A DNA stretch of 64,000 nucleotides from Bifidobacterium sp. (GTDB lineage Bacteria; Actinomycetota; Actinomycetes; Actinomycetales; Bifidobacteriaceae): assembly GCA_024104275.1 (NCBI GenBank), contig JAGGHK010000007.1, positions 1,654-65,653 on the forward strand, read 5' to 3'. Below, piece by piece: positions 28,729-38,839 of the stretch. The first letter of the stretch is position 1. Each line of letters begins with the position of its first letter. Under the pieces are notes generated by a model, which worked only from the letters and a program-made list of their open reading frames with translations, ran no database searches and was not told the DNA's origin. Made by a program: the position numbers and the translations under genes.

Positions 28729-30156
28729 GTGGAGTTTGAGGTGTGGCCTGAGGCCATTGAGCTGGGGCACATGTTCGCCGATCAGGGCTATGAGCTTTCG
28801 TTGGTGGGCGGACCCGTGCGCGACTTGCTGTTGCACCGCAAAAGCCACGACCTTGATTTCTGCTCCTCCGCGCGGCCCGAGCAGTTCGAGCCGATTCTGA
28901 AGCGTTTCGGCCACGACGGTTTCTGGGATATGGGCCGCAAATTCGGCACGTTGGGTGCGATGCGGCGACGCAAGGACGGCACCGAGGTCAAGGTCGAAGT
29001 CACCACGTACCGCTCTGACAAATACGATCCTGATTCCCGCAAGCCGGTTGTTGAATACGGTGACTCGCTCGAGGGCGACCTTTCGCGGCGCGATTTCACC
29101 GTCAATGCGATGGCATTACGCGTGCCCGATCTTGAATTCGTCGATCCCTTCGGCGGCGCCAGCGACCTGGCCAAAGGCATCTTGCGCACGCCGGTCAACC
29201 CACGGCAGTCTTTCGAGGACGACCCTCTGCGTATGATGCGCGCGGTGCGTTTTGTCGCCCAGCTCGGTTTCCGCATCGAGCCGGACACCGCCGAGGCCAT
29301 CACTGATATGGTCGACCGCATTTCCATCGTCTCTGCCGAGCGCGTGCGCGACGAGATCACCAAGCTGTTGCTTTCCGAACGCCCGCACGAAGGCATTGAG
29401 GCACTGGTCGATTCCGGCTTGGCCGATATTGTATTACCTGAAATTCCTGCGCTGAAGCTGGAGATCGACGAACATCATCGTCATAAGGACGTCTTCGAGC
29501 ACACGCTGATGGTGCTCGACCGCGCGATTGCGCTGGAAACCGGCCCCGACGGCCCCGTTCCGGCCCCCGATCTGACGTTGCGCCTGGCCGCGCTGCTGCA
29601 TGACATCGGCAAGCCTGCCACGCGTCGCTTCGAGCCGCATGGCAAGGTGAGCTTCCACCATCACGACGTGGTGGGTGCGAAACTGGTGCGTAAGCGTTTG
29701 AAGGCGTTGCGTTTCGATCACCATATCGTCTCCGACGTCAGTGAGCTGGTGAACCTGCACCTTCGCTTCCACGGCTACGTCGATGAGCCTTGGACGGACT
29801 CGGCTGTTCGCCGGTATGTCAAGGATTCCGGGCACCTCTACGAGCGCTTGAACCGCCTGACCCGCGCCGACGCCACCACGCAGAACAAGCGCAAGGCGCT
29901 GATGTTCTCGGACGCGATGGACGAGCTCGAGGCCCGCGTTCGTGACCTGAAAGAGAAAGAGGACTTCGACGCAATCCGCCCAGACGTCAACGGCAATGAA
30001 ATCATCGAAATCCTTGGCATTGCGCCCGGCCCCGAGGTCGGTCGCGCTTACAAGCACATGCTCGATTACCGCTTGGATCACGGCCCCGCCGACCACGACA
30101 CCGCCGTTGCCGAGCTCAAACGTTGGGCTGCGGCTGAGGGCTTGATTGCTGAGTAA
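28729..30156 (+). CDS. cca: CCA tRNA nucleotidyltransferase
   Basis: LVGGPVRD, DLD, RRDFTVNAM, DDPLRMMRAVRF and HD-domain LLHDIGKP; GGAGG SD before GTG 28729. Confidence 0.95.
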   Translation: MEFEVWPEAIELGHMFADQGYELSLVGGPVRDLLLHRKSHDLDFCSSARPEQFEPILKRFGHDGFWDMGRKFGTLGAMRRRKDGTEVKVEVTTYRSDKYDPDSRKPVVEYGDSLEGDLSRRDFTVNAMALRVPDLEFVDPFGGASDLAKGILRTPVNPRQSFEDDPLRMMRAVRFVAQLGFRIEPDTAEAITDMVDRISIVSAERVRDEITKLLLSERPHEGIEALVDSGLADIVLPEIPALKLEIDEHHRHKDVFEHTLMVLDRAIALETGPDGPVPAPDLTLRLAALLHDIGKPATRRFEPHGKVSFHHHDVVGAKLVRKRLKALRFDHHIVSDVSELVNLHLRFHGYVDEPWTDSAVRRYVKDSGHLYERLNRLTRADATTQNKRKALMFSDAMDELEARVRDLKEKEDFDAIRPDVNGNEIIEILGIAPGPEVGRAYKHMLDYRLDHGPADHDTAVAELKRWAAAEGLIAE

Positions 30157-30190
30157 GGTTAGCTGCCGAATAGTCGTAAACAAAAAACTC

Positions 30191-30224
30191 GTGCGGGCCG
30201 CCAGACAAAGCCAGTGACCCGCAC
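30191..30224. terminator. terminator hairpin between convergent cca and LytR_C genes
   Basis: GTGCGGG..CCCGCAC stem with an A-tract on its 5' side. Confidence 0.55.
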
Positions 30225-30387
30225 AAATCAGTCATAAATCAAGGACGATAACAAGAAAACGCCCTATCGGTGAAGCCCAACAAGGCGAAGCTTTGAAGAC
30301 CCGGGCAAGTGCCCCGAAGTGAACTGACTCCAACCGATATTTCGAACATCCACAATGGTGTTTGATTCTCTCCAGCGGCTGTGGTGA

Positions 30388-31017
30388 TTATTGCTTGGGC
30401 TGACGGAAATCCTGCGGGAGTTTGGTCTTGTCGATCTTGCTCGGCAACGTGCAGCCCGGAATATTCTTGATTTGGGCGCCGGCGGTAGGCACCGAGCCTT
30501 TTTTGGTAAGATCGCTGAACGTTGAGCCGATGACCACGCTCACAACGCCGTCTTGCCGATTGTCCATCACCAGTTTCGCGTCCGTGAAGTTGCTATAGAC
30601 CGTATAAGCCTGCCACACATTGTTCACACCATAATAAATAGTGGTCCGTTCGACTTTCCGTGAATTGAAATCGCCGACACCGGAAACGTTGAAATGTCTA
30701 TTGGTCAGAGCATCGCCGACCGCCCGGGCAAGGCCGACCGCCTTCGTCCCGTTGAGGACGTTGACCTCTACGGTATTGTTGGCCTGGTACGTGGCAGGGA
30801 TTTTCTTGGGGTCGTTGGAGGCGCAGACCAGAGGCGCTCCGAAATTGGTTTGCGCCTGCGGCACGTTGGCATTGCTTTTGCCGATGTTGTGGAAGAGGAA
30901 GAAGCAGGAGACCACCATCGCGACGACCAGGACTGCTGCAATCGTTGAAAACACGCGCACCTGACGGTGATGCACATACTGCTTGCGTGCCTGACGTTCA
31001 TCACTATACTGCTGCAT
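30388..31017 (-). CDS. LytR C-terminal domain-containing protein
   Basis: N-terminal TM; V.VLNGT..VGLA..V...L..R.F and V.VVIG..F motifs. Confidence 0.88.
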   Translation of the reverse strand: MQQYSDERQARKQYVHHRQVRVFSTIAAVLVVAMVVSCFFLFHNIGKSNANVPQAQTNFGAPLVCASNDPKKIPATYQANNTVEVNVLNGTKAVGLARAVGDALTNRHFNVSGVGDFNSRKVERTTIYYGVNNVWQAYTVYSNFTDAKLVMDNRQDGVVSVVIGSTFSDLTKKGSVPTAGAQIKNIPGCTLPSKIDKTKLPQDFRQPKQ

Positions 31018-31207
31018 GTTTCGTTCCTGTCAAACCGTGCCCGTGCCAGTTCTTTGCAGGCGGATGGGTGCACCCGCCGTGCGGAAGATTTGGCGAAATA
31101 TCGACGTTTTCACTTTACCGTGAGAGTGTGACGCTTGCTGTTCGGTCGTTGCTAGGCTCACGCTGGCGCGTTTATCGTCATAAATAGGCCACTCAGCACC
31201 ACTCAGA

Positions 31208-31400
31208 GGCTTAAATATGGTGCTAATTTTCACTCCCGCCATTTTTAAGCCGCTGGCCAACGCTAAGTGGCTTGAATGTGGCGGAATTTTTGGGTTTCGC
31301 CATTTTTGGGCCGGTGAGGTATGCCAGGCGGCTTATTTATGGTGCAACTTTTTATTTCCGCCATTTTTGGGCCGCTGCAGCACATCAAAAGGCTTGAATC
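31208..31400. repeat. degenerate 61-bp tandem array
   Basis: GGCTT at 31208, 31269, 31330 and 31391; CGCCATTTTT..GCCG at 31237, 31298 and 31359. Confidence 0.85.
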
Positions 31401-31416
31401 TTGCGCCGCTGTTCGG

Positions 31417-32673
31417 CTAGATTCCGGCAGCAGCCGCCAGCGCGACGAACTCATCAATGGTCAGCGTTTCGCCGCGTCTCGTGGGGTCAATCCCGGCTTT
31501 TGCGAATGCTTCCGCCGGTACCAGCTTTTTCAGGGCCGCGTGCAGGGTCTTGCGGCGTTGACCGAAAGCGGCATCGACGAGCTCAAACACCTTCTTGCGA
31601 TTGGCTTTCGAGGTAATGGGCGAGGCAGGTCGAGCTGAATCTTTCGTGGATTGCAAGCTTTTTGTATTACTTTCTTCGTCGCCATTAGTAACTTGCATTT
31701 TGCCTGTATCGTGTGGCATTTCGGTTTTATTGTCATCATTGTCATTGCCGTAACGCGTAAATGAGACTAACGCGGAATCGACGTTCGGCGCAGGCCAGAA
31801 AACATTACGGCCCACCAGTCCGACGCGCTCGGCCCGGCCATACCATGCCAGCTTTACACTCGGAGTGCCGTAGATCTTGGAGCCGGGTTTGGCCGCGAGC
31901 CGATCAGCTACTTCCTTCTGTACCATGACTAGAAAATGGTCAAGGTTTTCAAACCGTTCGAGCAGTGTCAGCAAAATCGGCGTCGCCACGTTGTATGGCA
32001 AATTCGAGACCAGTGTAAACGGATTGTCGTTGCAGGCAATGTCCGAGTTACTAGACGATGATTTGGCATTGTTCAGTGACGTTTCGGAAGACGACACACC
32101 ATCACTTGTAATATTTTCAATGGAATTGCTGGGTAAAGTCCCAGATAGCGATGCAGCATTGTTCATATTGTCGGTAAGTGAAGCTGCCCTGGTTTTCGGC
32201 AGAGATGTATCGCAATTATGGTTTCCTGCCGATTTACTCGGCGCAAATGCGGGCAACGTTTCAGGGCTCAGGCTCATGGCATCGGCGGTGACCACGGTAA
32301 GTCGGCCGGCCGCTTCCGGCATGAATTCGGCGATGGTTTCCGGCAAGCGCGCTGCCAGCGCCGGGTCTATTTCCACCGCGGTGACGGCAGCCCCGGTTTC
32401 CAGAAGCGCCAAGGTAAGTGAGCCCAGCCCCGGCCCGACTTCGAGCACTTTAGTATCCGCGGTAACGCCGGCCTCGCGCACAATGCGCCGCACGGTTCCT
32501 GGGTCGATAACAAAGTTCTGCCCAAATTTCTTGGTCGGGCTGATCCCGGCTTCGGCCGCGATCCGCCGGATATCCCCCGCCCCCAACAGATGTCCTGTGT
32601 GGAGCAAACCGCCGGTATCCGTTCTCTGTTCGTTCATGCTTCTCAAATTACTCGTAGGCGTGGCGTGGCTCAT
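31417..32673 (-). CDS. rsmA: 16S rRNA adenine dimethyltransferase with two low-complexity insertions
   Basis: [49 protein letters not shown]. Confidence 0.95.
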   Translation of the reverse strand: MSHATPTSNLRSMNEQRTDTGGLLHTGHLLGAGDIRRIAAEAGISPTKKFGQNFVIDPGTVRRIVREAGVTADTKVLEVGPGLGSLTLALLETGAAVTAVEIDPALAARLPETIAEFMPEAAGRLTVVTADAMSLSPETLPAFAPSKSAGNHNCDTSLPKTRAASLTDNMNNAASLSGTLPSNSIENITSDGVSSSETSLNNAKSSSSNSDIACNDNPFTLVSNLPYNVATPILLTLLERFENLDHFLVMVQKEVADRLAAKPGSKIYGTPSVKLAWYGRAERVGLVGRNVFWPAPNVDSALVSFTRYGNDNDDNKTEMPHDTGKMQVTNGDEESNTKSLQSTKDSARPASPITSKANRKKVFELVDAAFGQRRKTLHAALKKLVPAEAFAKAGIDPTRRGETLTIDEFVALAAAAGI

Positions 32674-33941
32674 TGTTTTGCTGTCAGCCAGTCGATGATA
32701 TTGACAATGTTGATGCCGTCTTCGGTGGTTCCGGTGGAAAAATGGTCCAAAGTCAGCACGGTTTTGGGGAACGAGTCGCGCAAAGCCTGCAACGGTGCGA
32801 GTTCGCGGGCGCGAACATCAGCGCCGAGCATGGTTTCCGTGACTTGGAAATATTCAATTTTCTCGTATTTACGTGCTACGAAATCGACTTCGGCTTTCCC
32901 GTCGGTGCCGACCTCCACCTTCCAGCCGCGGCGTAAGAGTTCGTTATAAACTACATTTTCGAGTTGGAAGCCTCTGTCACTATCGGAAAAGTTGGTGGTC
33001 ATGTTGCGTAGACCGTTGTCAACCGGGTAAAACTTCCGCTGTGGGTTCAGCAACTGTTTACCTCTGATTCCCGTTCGAGAAGCCTCGTGGACAATGAGAG
33101 CCTGTTCCAAGGCGGCGATGTAATTATCGACTGTTTCGGATGAGGTCTTTCGTCCGCCACTGGTTAGTGCTCCGACCACTTTATTCGTGGAAAAAAGATT
33201 GCCCGAAGTTGAGAACAGATAAACCACTAAACGGTTGAGTAAAGCGATATCGCGAATGTCGAGTCTCTCGGCAACATCTTTGAGAATGACCGTGTTATAA
33301 ATAGAGTCCAATTCGAGTCGGATGATTTCAGGATCCCAGGAATTCAGTGAGAAAAGGCCGGGCATGCCGCCATATTTCAGATATTCTCCGAACAATGCAT
33401 CATATGATTTGTTTTTTAGCTCCCCTGTCTCGCTGTTGGGATTCAAATCCGCGAAATGGCGAACGAAGCTTAAATATTCCGTAAAAGACAGCGGATAGAT
33501 GTCAATCGTGATGGTCCGGCCTGCGAGTAATGTTGCCAGGTCGCCTGAGAGCAGGCTCGAGTTCGAGCCCGTGATATACACATCGGTGTCTGCCCTGGTG
33601 TGGAGGCCGCGCACGACTCTTTCCCAGTTTCTCACCTCTTGAATCTCGTCCAGAAATACATATGTTTCAGATTCGGGTTTGGTTTTTTTGAAGGCATCGA
33701 GCAGTTCATTGGTTAGGGTTTCCTCGGTTTGGAATGGTGCTTGGCCGAGTTCATCGAAGCGTTTGTAGAAAATGTTCTGTTGCGGGACGCCGCTATCGAG
33801 AAGTTGTTTGCACAGCATGCGCAAGATGGTGGATTTGCCGCAACGACGGACACCTTGGAGTACTTTCACCGGTTCAGTGTTGAGAAAGGGCCGCAATAAT
33901 TCTAGGTACTTTGGCCGGGGTACTTCACGGTCTAATGGCAT
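32670..33941 (-). CDS. AAA_14 ATPase with DUF4143 domain
   Basis: Walker [10 protein letters not shown], Walker [40 protein letters not shown]; ATGA overlap with rsmA. Confidence 0.92.
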   Translation of the reverse strand: MPLDREVPRPKYLELLRPFLNTEPVKVLQGVRRCGKSTILRMLCKQLLDSGVPQQNIFYKRFDELGQAPFQTEETLTNELLDAFKKTKPESETYVFLDEIQEVRNWERVVRGLHTRADTDVYITGSNSSLLSGDLATLLAGRTITIDIYPLSFTEYLSFVRHFADLNPNSETGELKNKSYDALFGEYLKYGGMPGLFSLNSWDPEIIRLELDSIYNTVILKDVAERLDIRDIALLNRLVVYLFSTSGNLFSTNKVVGALTSGGRKTSSETVDNYIAALEQALIVHEASRTGIRGKQLLNPQRKFYPVDNGLRNMTTNFSDSDRGFQLENVVYNELLRRGWKVEVGTDGKAEVDFVARKYEKIEYFQVTETMLGADVRARELAPLQALRDSFPKTVLTLDHFSTGTTEDGINIVNIIDWLTAKQ

Positions 33942-34034
33942 GTCTGTTCTCCTTGAGCTGCTTTCATTCGAAGACTGGACTAATGATGCAAATGTTTTCG
34001 ACGTAGCTGAAATTATATCATGGAGAGGGTCTAA

Positions 34035-34136
34035 ATTTCAGTTATACCTGAAATATTAAAGTAAAATATGTTAAACTTTCAGTTATAACTAAAATTGAAT
34101 AGTTTAAAGACTATAAGTTTCAGTTACACCTAAAAT
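34035..34136. repeat. 3 palindromic operator-like repeats at 41-bp period upstream of the AAA gene
   Basis: TTTCAGTTATACCTGAAAT (34036), TTTCAGTTATAACTAAAAT (34077), TTTCAGTTACACCTAAAAT (34118); first copy has ATTTCAG/CTGAAAT arms. Confidence 0.85.
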
Positions 34137-34551
34137 TTGATGATGCAAATGGTAAAAATATCAGGTATGACTTACATTTCGTATGATCAATACAGGAATG
34201 CAAATTTATCTGACGCTTTTGGATTCGGGAAGATGAAGTTTTAGATGTAGCTGATACTCGTGATGATAATTAGACGTTATTAATTGTGGCTGGCAGATGC
34301 AACGACGTATAGCGAACAGCGTTCTGCTATAGGCGCTTCCTATGTAATACGCTAATGGTAGCTAATTTGACTACACGCGGAGTTTGAACCGAACTGAATG
34401 CTGATGTCGGCTCGGGCCTCAATCCAAGCGGTTTAGTACCGGCTGCCGTGGCCCGAATACGGGGACTTGCATTGAGAAGTCACTTTTCCATACCGCTGAA
34501 GGGAACGTTGGTTGCAGTTTACGGTTTGAATGCGGATTGAAGCCGCATCGT

Positions 34552-35994
34552 TTAATACCAATTATGCGCATTCCAGAAAACGCGGGCGGCGTTCGGGCTG
34601 CCGTAGCGGCCGTTGATGTAGGTCAGGCCGGCGGCGATCTGCGTGGCGCCGTTATCCGGCCAGTCGGTTTCGCTGGTGTAGAGGTAATAATAAAGAATCT
34701 GCGGGATGCCATACGCGGTCGAACTTGGGTTTCCGGCGTTCCATCTCCATCCGGATTCGCGATCCCAAATCCATACCAGATTGCTCCAGTTGTCTCCGGT
34801 CCAGCCATATTGTGCGGCCGCACCTTGGGCATAGATTTGCGCTGCTTCGCGTGATGGATGCCAAAGTCCGCCACCCGATGGGGCTGGAGGTGTGGGGGCT
34901 GGAGGCGTCGGAGTCGGGTCGGGTGTCGGCGTGGGAGCAGGAGCCGGGGTAGGCGTTGAAGGCTGCGAAGGGGCCGAAGGCGCTGGCGTGGACGGAGCCG
35001 AGCTGCTCGAGCTGTTGGGGTTATCCTTGTTGGAATCGCCGTTGTTGCCTGAGCTGGTATCGGCACTGGTGCCGCTGCTTGCGCCGCTGTTGCTGCCATT
35101 GCCGCTGCTACTGCTGCCGGTCGAAGGTGCGGGAGCCGGGGCGGCAGGCCCGACGGCCACGATTTCCTCAACGGGCGCCTGCGTGACGGATTCGGATTTG
35201 AGCGTCGAGCTTTCGGCCTGTCCGTCGACGTAGGTGACGTCGTAGACCTGCTGCTTGTTGCCGTTTTGACCGGCCTGACGAATCGCGGTCTGTCCGGGCT
35301 GCAGACTCGAATCGACCACGGTGCGTGTGGGGAAGGGCAGGGCGACATCCTTGGTCTCCTGGCCATGGGTGACGCGCTGGACTCGCAGGATGGTCTGCCC
35401 GTTTTCCTCGCTCACGCTGACGCGGTCGTCCTTGCCGATGGTGATGTTCTTGGAATCGAGAATCGAGGCGGCCGTAAGCTTGCCGTTGGGTGCCACCGAG
35501 GTCTTGCCGTCGGCGATTACCGTCACCGGGCCCGCCTTGTTGATCACAAATCCGCCGGTAAGCTGGTTGTAGACGTTGCCGACATTGACGGAGACCTTCG
35601 AGGCATTCTGATCGTTGGCCTTGAAGAAGCCGAGCAGCTGGTCGGCGCTGGTGGCGTAGGTCCAGAAGGGTACCTCTCGTCCCTCGATGTTGATGGTGGT
35701 CTGATAGGCGCTGCGCACGGTGACCACGTCGTGGTTGGTCAGCCCCGCCTTTTCGTTGGTGCAGTTGATGAAATCGTGAGATTTGGTCTTCACGCCTTGT
35801 GATTCAAGGAATCTGGGCACGGAAGCGGCATAGGTCGTGACCGTTTTGGTATCGCCGTTGACCGTCAGGGCCACGGTTTTGCGCGCGGTGATGGCGAAGA
35901 AAACGATGCTGGTCAGCAGCACCACTCCCACGCAAACCGCCACGCGAACCCTGCGCAATGTGACGAACCGTCGTGGAGTCCATCGACGTGCCAT
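34552..35994 (-). CDS. rpfB: RpfB-like protein (DUF348 + G5 + lytic transglycosylase-like domain)
   Basis: N-terminal TM, RKTVAL.VNG, G5-type GQNG.KQ.VY.V.Y.DG, Ser/Pro linker and C-terminal RESGW.WNAGNPSS.AYGIPQ. Confidence 0.85.
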   Translation of the reverse strand: MARRWTPRRFVTLRRVRVAVCVGVVLLTSIVFFAITARKTVALTVNGDTKTVTTYAASVPRFLESQGVKTKSHDFINCTNEKAGLTNHDVVTVRSAYQTTINIEGREVPFWTYATSADQLLGFFKANDQNASKVSVNVGNVYNQLTGGFVINKAGPVTVIADGKTSVAPNGKLTAASILDSKNITIGKDDRVSVSEENGQTILRVQRVTHGQETKDVALPFPTRTVVDSSLQPGQTAIRQAGQNGNKQQVYDVTYVDGQAESSTLKSESVTQAPVEEIVAVGPAAPAPAPSTGSSSSGNGSNSGASSGTSADTSSGNNGDSNKDNPNSSSSSAPSTPAPSAPSQPSTPTPAPAPTPTPDPTPTPPAPTPPAPSGGGLWHPSREAAQIYAQGAAAQYGWTGDNWSNLVWIWDRESGWRWNAGNPSSTAYGIPQILYYYLYTSETDWPDNGATQIAAGLTYINGRYGSPNAARVFWNAHNWY

Positions 35995-36193
35995 CCAAAC
36001 CCCCTGAAGTAATGTAATCGGACATACCGCAATTGCACGCATGTCTGCTATCTCATCCAGTCTACAGTCTACCGGTTTCGCCCTGAGGATTGCAATACGT
36101 ATTCGGTCTCTGAAGTCAAGATTTTGCAAAGAAAGCATGGGGTCGGGGCGTATGTGCGATAAGGCTGGTTTAAACCGGTTCTTTTATTGCCAA

Positions 36194-36301
36194 CCAGTGG
36201 CCGTTTTCTTGCATGTACGCCTGCGGATGCTAGAAACTGGCTGTTTGGCGTCGTCCAGTGGCCGTTTTCTTGCATGTTTGCCTACGGAAGCTAGAAACCG
36301 G
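36194..36301. repeat. 47-bp direct repeat with 61-bp period upstream of rpfB
   Basis: CCAGTGGCCGTTTTCTTGCATGT..GCCT.CGGA.GCTAGAAAC.GG at 36194 and 36255. Confidence 0.88.
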
Positions 36302-36415
36302 TCGCTGAGAACCGTTCCATACCTATGCCTGGCCTAAGTTCAGTGGGAAAAGCGCTAAAACGGCCGTGAAATGGTGCTTTTCTCACAAAATTATTCTGCT
36401 TTAAAGAAGGGAAAA

Positions 36416-36447
36416 GGGGCGGGAGAGAAAGGGGATATTCCCGCCCC
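36416..36447 (-). terminator. intrinsic terminator-like hairpin
   Basis: GGGGCGGGA/TCCCGCCCC 9-bp stem followed by TTTT on the minus strand. Confidence 0.55.
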
Positions 36448-36739
36448 TAAAGGGCGAAGCAAATTGGGGGAAGTTTCGCCCTTGGACGTTGCTCTCATAT
36501 GGAAGAGAAGCAACGCTTACTTACTCGAGCACGAGTAATACGTCGGCGCCTCCTTCACGCCGGAATCGCTATGGACGTAAGGTTTACGAACCGCCACAAC
36601 GCACGCAACCCACTCTCGTGGGCCTGCTACAACAAATTCATTACTACTTCAATCGAAGCGAACTGCCCGCTTCAACCGCGAACAACCACAACTCAACTGC
36701 CAACTGCCTATCGTCTCTCACCGCAACATCGCACCGCTG

Positions 36740-36813
36740 AGCCTCCTGTCGGGATCGAACCGACGACCTGCCGCTTACAAGGCGGCCGCTCTGGCCATCT
36801 GAGCTAAGGAGGC
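36740..36813 (-). tRNA. tRNA-Thr(UGU)
   Basis: Reverse complement GCCTCCTTAGCTCAGATGGCCAGAGCGGCCGCCTTGTAAGCGGCAGGTCGTCGGTTCGATCCCGACAGGAGGCT folds as a cloverleaf; anticodon TGT; CCA not encoded. Confidence 0.97.
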
Positions 36814-37343
36814 GTTGGTTTCGATCGTATCCGACAAAACCAGACAGACCATTACTTTAACAGCAAGGCTCGATTACGTGGCGGGTTTCGTGGTGTCCAA
36901 AAGAAAAGAATTCGGAATCGATGATTTCCTCGAGATAAACCCTTTTTATGAGGTAGGTCACTTAAAAGTAAAACGTGGAAAAATCGCGGTAAAACGTAAA
37001 ACGTTCCACTGTTTTTGTACCAAGAATCGCCTTTGATTATCGAAAATTAATAACTACTGTTATTTATTGATTCCTGAGCCATGAAATTTTTTACGTCACA
37101 CCGATTGAAGTTGCGTTTCGCGCAAAACAACTTCGCTAGACGATAGAGGATTCGTTGGCATTTTAACTGGCATTATATTATTAAGAACGCTGCTTCTCGC
37201 ACATCTTGATTGGTGTTGTTCTTTTATGGAAAATGCCACACAGCTTGTTAGGGGTAGGAATGTTAGAACATAATCGGCCGGTAACCAATAAGGTGCCGGT
37301 AAATAGACAACGTTGCTAGCGCATAAGGTATAGAGGACGGGGT

Positions 37344-38339
37344 ATGGCTCGGCATACAAGCAATGGCTACGCACAGTCGTCAGCTAATACTTCTTGGTAT
37401 GGTGGTGTCGACGCCGGAGATTTGTCGATTCAGACGCGTCTGGCCCAGGAAGCCAAGGAGCGTAAGCAGCGTCGTATCATCGGGTTCATTGCCTTTTTCA
37501 TCGTTGTCATTTTCGTAGCCGTCATCGGATTGGTCAGTTACCGCTCCATCGCCAAGCGCAATGCAGCGCAAAATGTCACCGAAGATCAGGCATACACCGC
37601 GTTGCAGAACGTCAAACTGAAGCCGAAATATACCAATGACAAAGGTGGCATTCTTTTCTCGAACGCCGGGTACGGCAAGAAGGCCGCCGACGCCCCGACG
37701 CTCGAAATCTACACGGATCCTATGTGCCCCGGATGTACGGTCCTGCATCAGCAGATGGATTCCACATTGCGTGCACTGCTTGATGCCGGCCAAATTAATC
37801 TTGAAGTCCATCCGGTGACGTTCCTCGACAATATGTCTACCGATCACTATTCATCGCGTGCCGATAACGGTGTGGCCTATATTTCCTCCAATGATCCGAA
37901 CCCCGACCATCTTCTGGACTTCCTCGCCAACATTCATTCCGACTCTTTCCAGCCCGAGGAAGCCGCCAATTACAAACCTGTAAGCAATGATCAGCTGCAG
38001 CAGCAGGCCGTCTCGTCCGGCGTTCCTGCGGATATCGCGGCCAAGGCGTTCGGCAACGAATACGAGCCCTGGCTTTCGGCGGTCGCGCAATACACGCTGC
38101 GCCGGCCCGAGCTCAAGGACGTCGCCGGCCAGTTCAAGGGCAAGCTCACCACCCCCGTGGTCGTCATCAACGGCAAGATGCTTGATATTTCAGGGATTTC
38201 CGACATCGGCCTCACCTATAAGGTGGCCATCCTGCAGTCCATAGGCCTTGCGAATGAGGATATCGGCAGGGCTGGCAGGCAACCGGCCATCGGCAGCAAC
38301 GGCGAGCCCACGTTCCCGAAGACCCAGCCTTCGGCCTGA
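37344..38339 (+). CDS. membrane-anchored DsbA/thioredoxin-fold protein
   Basis: TM anchor, IYTDPMCPGC active site, TP cis-Pro motif. Confidence 0.9.
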   Translation: MARHTSNGYAQSSANTSWYGGVDAGDLSIQTRLAQEAKERKQRRIIGFIAFFIVVIFVAVIGLVSYRSIAKRNAAQNVTEDQAYTALQNVKLKPKYTNDKGGILFSNAGYGKKAADAPTLEIYTDPMCPGCTVLHQQMDSTLRALLDAGQINLEVHPVTFLDNMSTDHYSSRADNGVAYISSNDPNPDHLLDFLANIHSDSFQPEEAANYKPVSNDQLQQQAVSSGVPADIAAKAFGNEYEPWLSAVAQYTLRRPELKDVAGQFKGKLTTPVVVINGKMLDISGISDIGLTYKVAILQSIGLANEDIGRAGRQPAIGSNGEPTFPKTQPSA

Positions 38340-38545
38340 TTCTGCTTTGGGCCTGTTGGCTTTTTATCGTTCTCTCAGCGTTTATGCCGCAAGTTGAACG
38401 GCCAAGTATGAGTTGGGCGATTGGTGCAGGTTTGGGTACTAAAAGCTCTTTTCGTTTGTTTTTGCTCGTTTGTAAAGCGCAAACAGCGTCGTGGATAATA
38501 GTGCATAACGTGTGATGCGCAAACGATAACCGGTGAACAATCATC

Positions 38546-38690
38546 GATAAACGGAAACTGATAAACGGAAACTGATAAACGGAAACTGATAAGCCGAAGC
38601 CGCTGGCGGCGGGAATGGGCTTTCAAGTAAAAGCTCTGGCAAAACGGTCTGGTCAAAACGGTCTGGTCAAAACAGTCCGGCCAAAACAGT
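38546..38690. repeat. two adjacent 14-bp tandem arrays
   Basis: GATAAACGGAAACT x3 perfect (38546-38587); CAAAAC(G/A)GTC(T/C)GG(T/C) x3 plus a partial copy (38640-38690). Confidence 0.92.
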
Positions 38691-38739
38691 GTTGCAACGG
38701 GAAACGATAAGTACCAAAACCTAGCCATAAACAACAAAA

Positions 38740-38782
38740 CCGGCGGCGGGTCACGCATAATATCGTGGATCTGCCGCCGGTC
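38740..38782. terminator. terminator hairpin between the convergent dsbA paralogues
   Basis: CGGCGGCGGGTCACG / CGTGGATCTGCCGCCG stem with A-rich and T-rich flanks. Confidence 0.6.
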
Positions 38783-38839
38783 TTTAGGCGCGCACCAGGT
38801 GCGTGAAGCATATGAAGCTCGTGAAGCCGAATCGACTGG

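Noticed and set aside
31208-31400. Type I-E CRISPR because of the 61-bp period
   Set aside because: Similarity spans ~48 of 61 bp and is degenerate; there is no 29-bp invariant palindromic repeat with unique spacers.
36740-36813. tRNA-Thr as the integration site of a mobile element
   Set aside because: No duplicated tRNA 3' end and no integrase found in the window.
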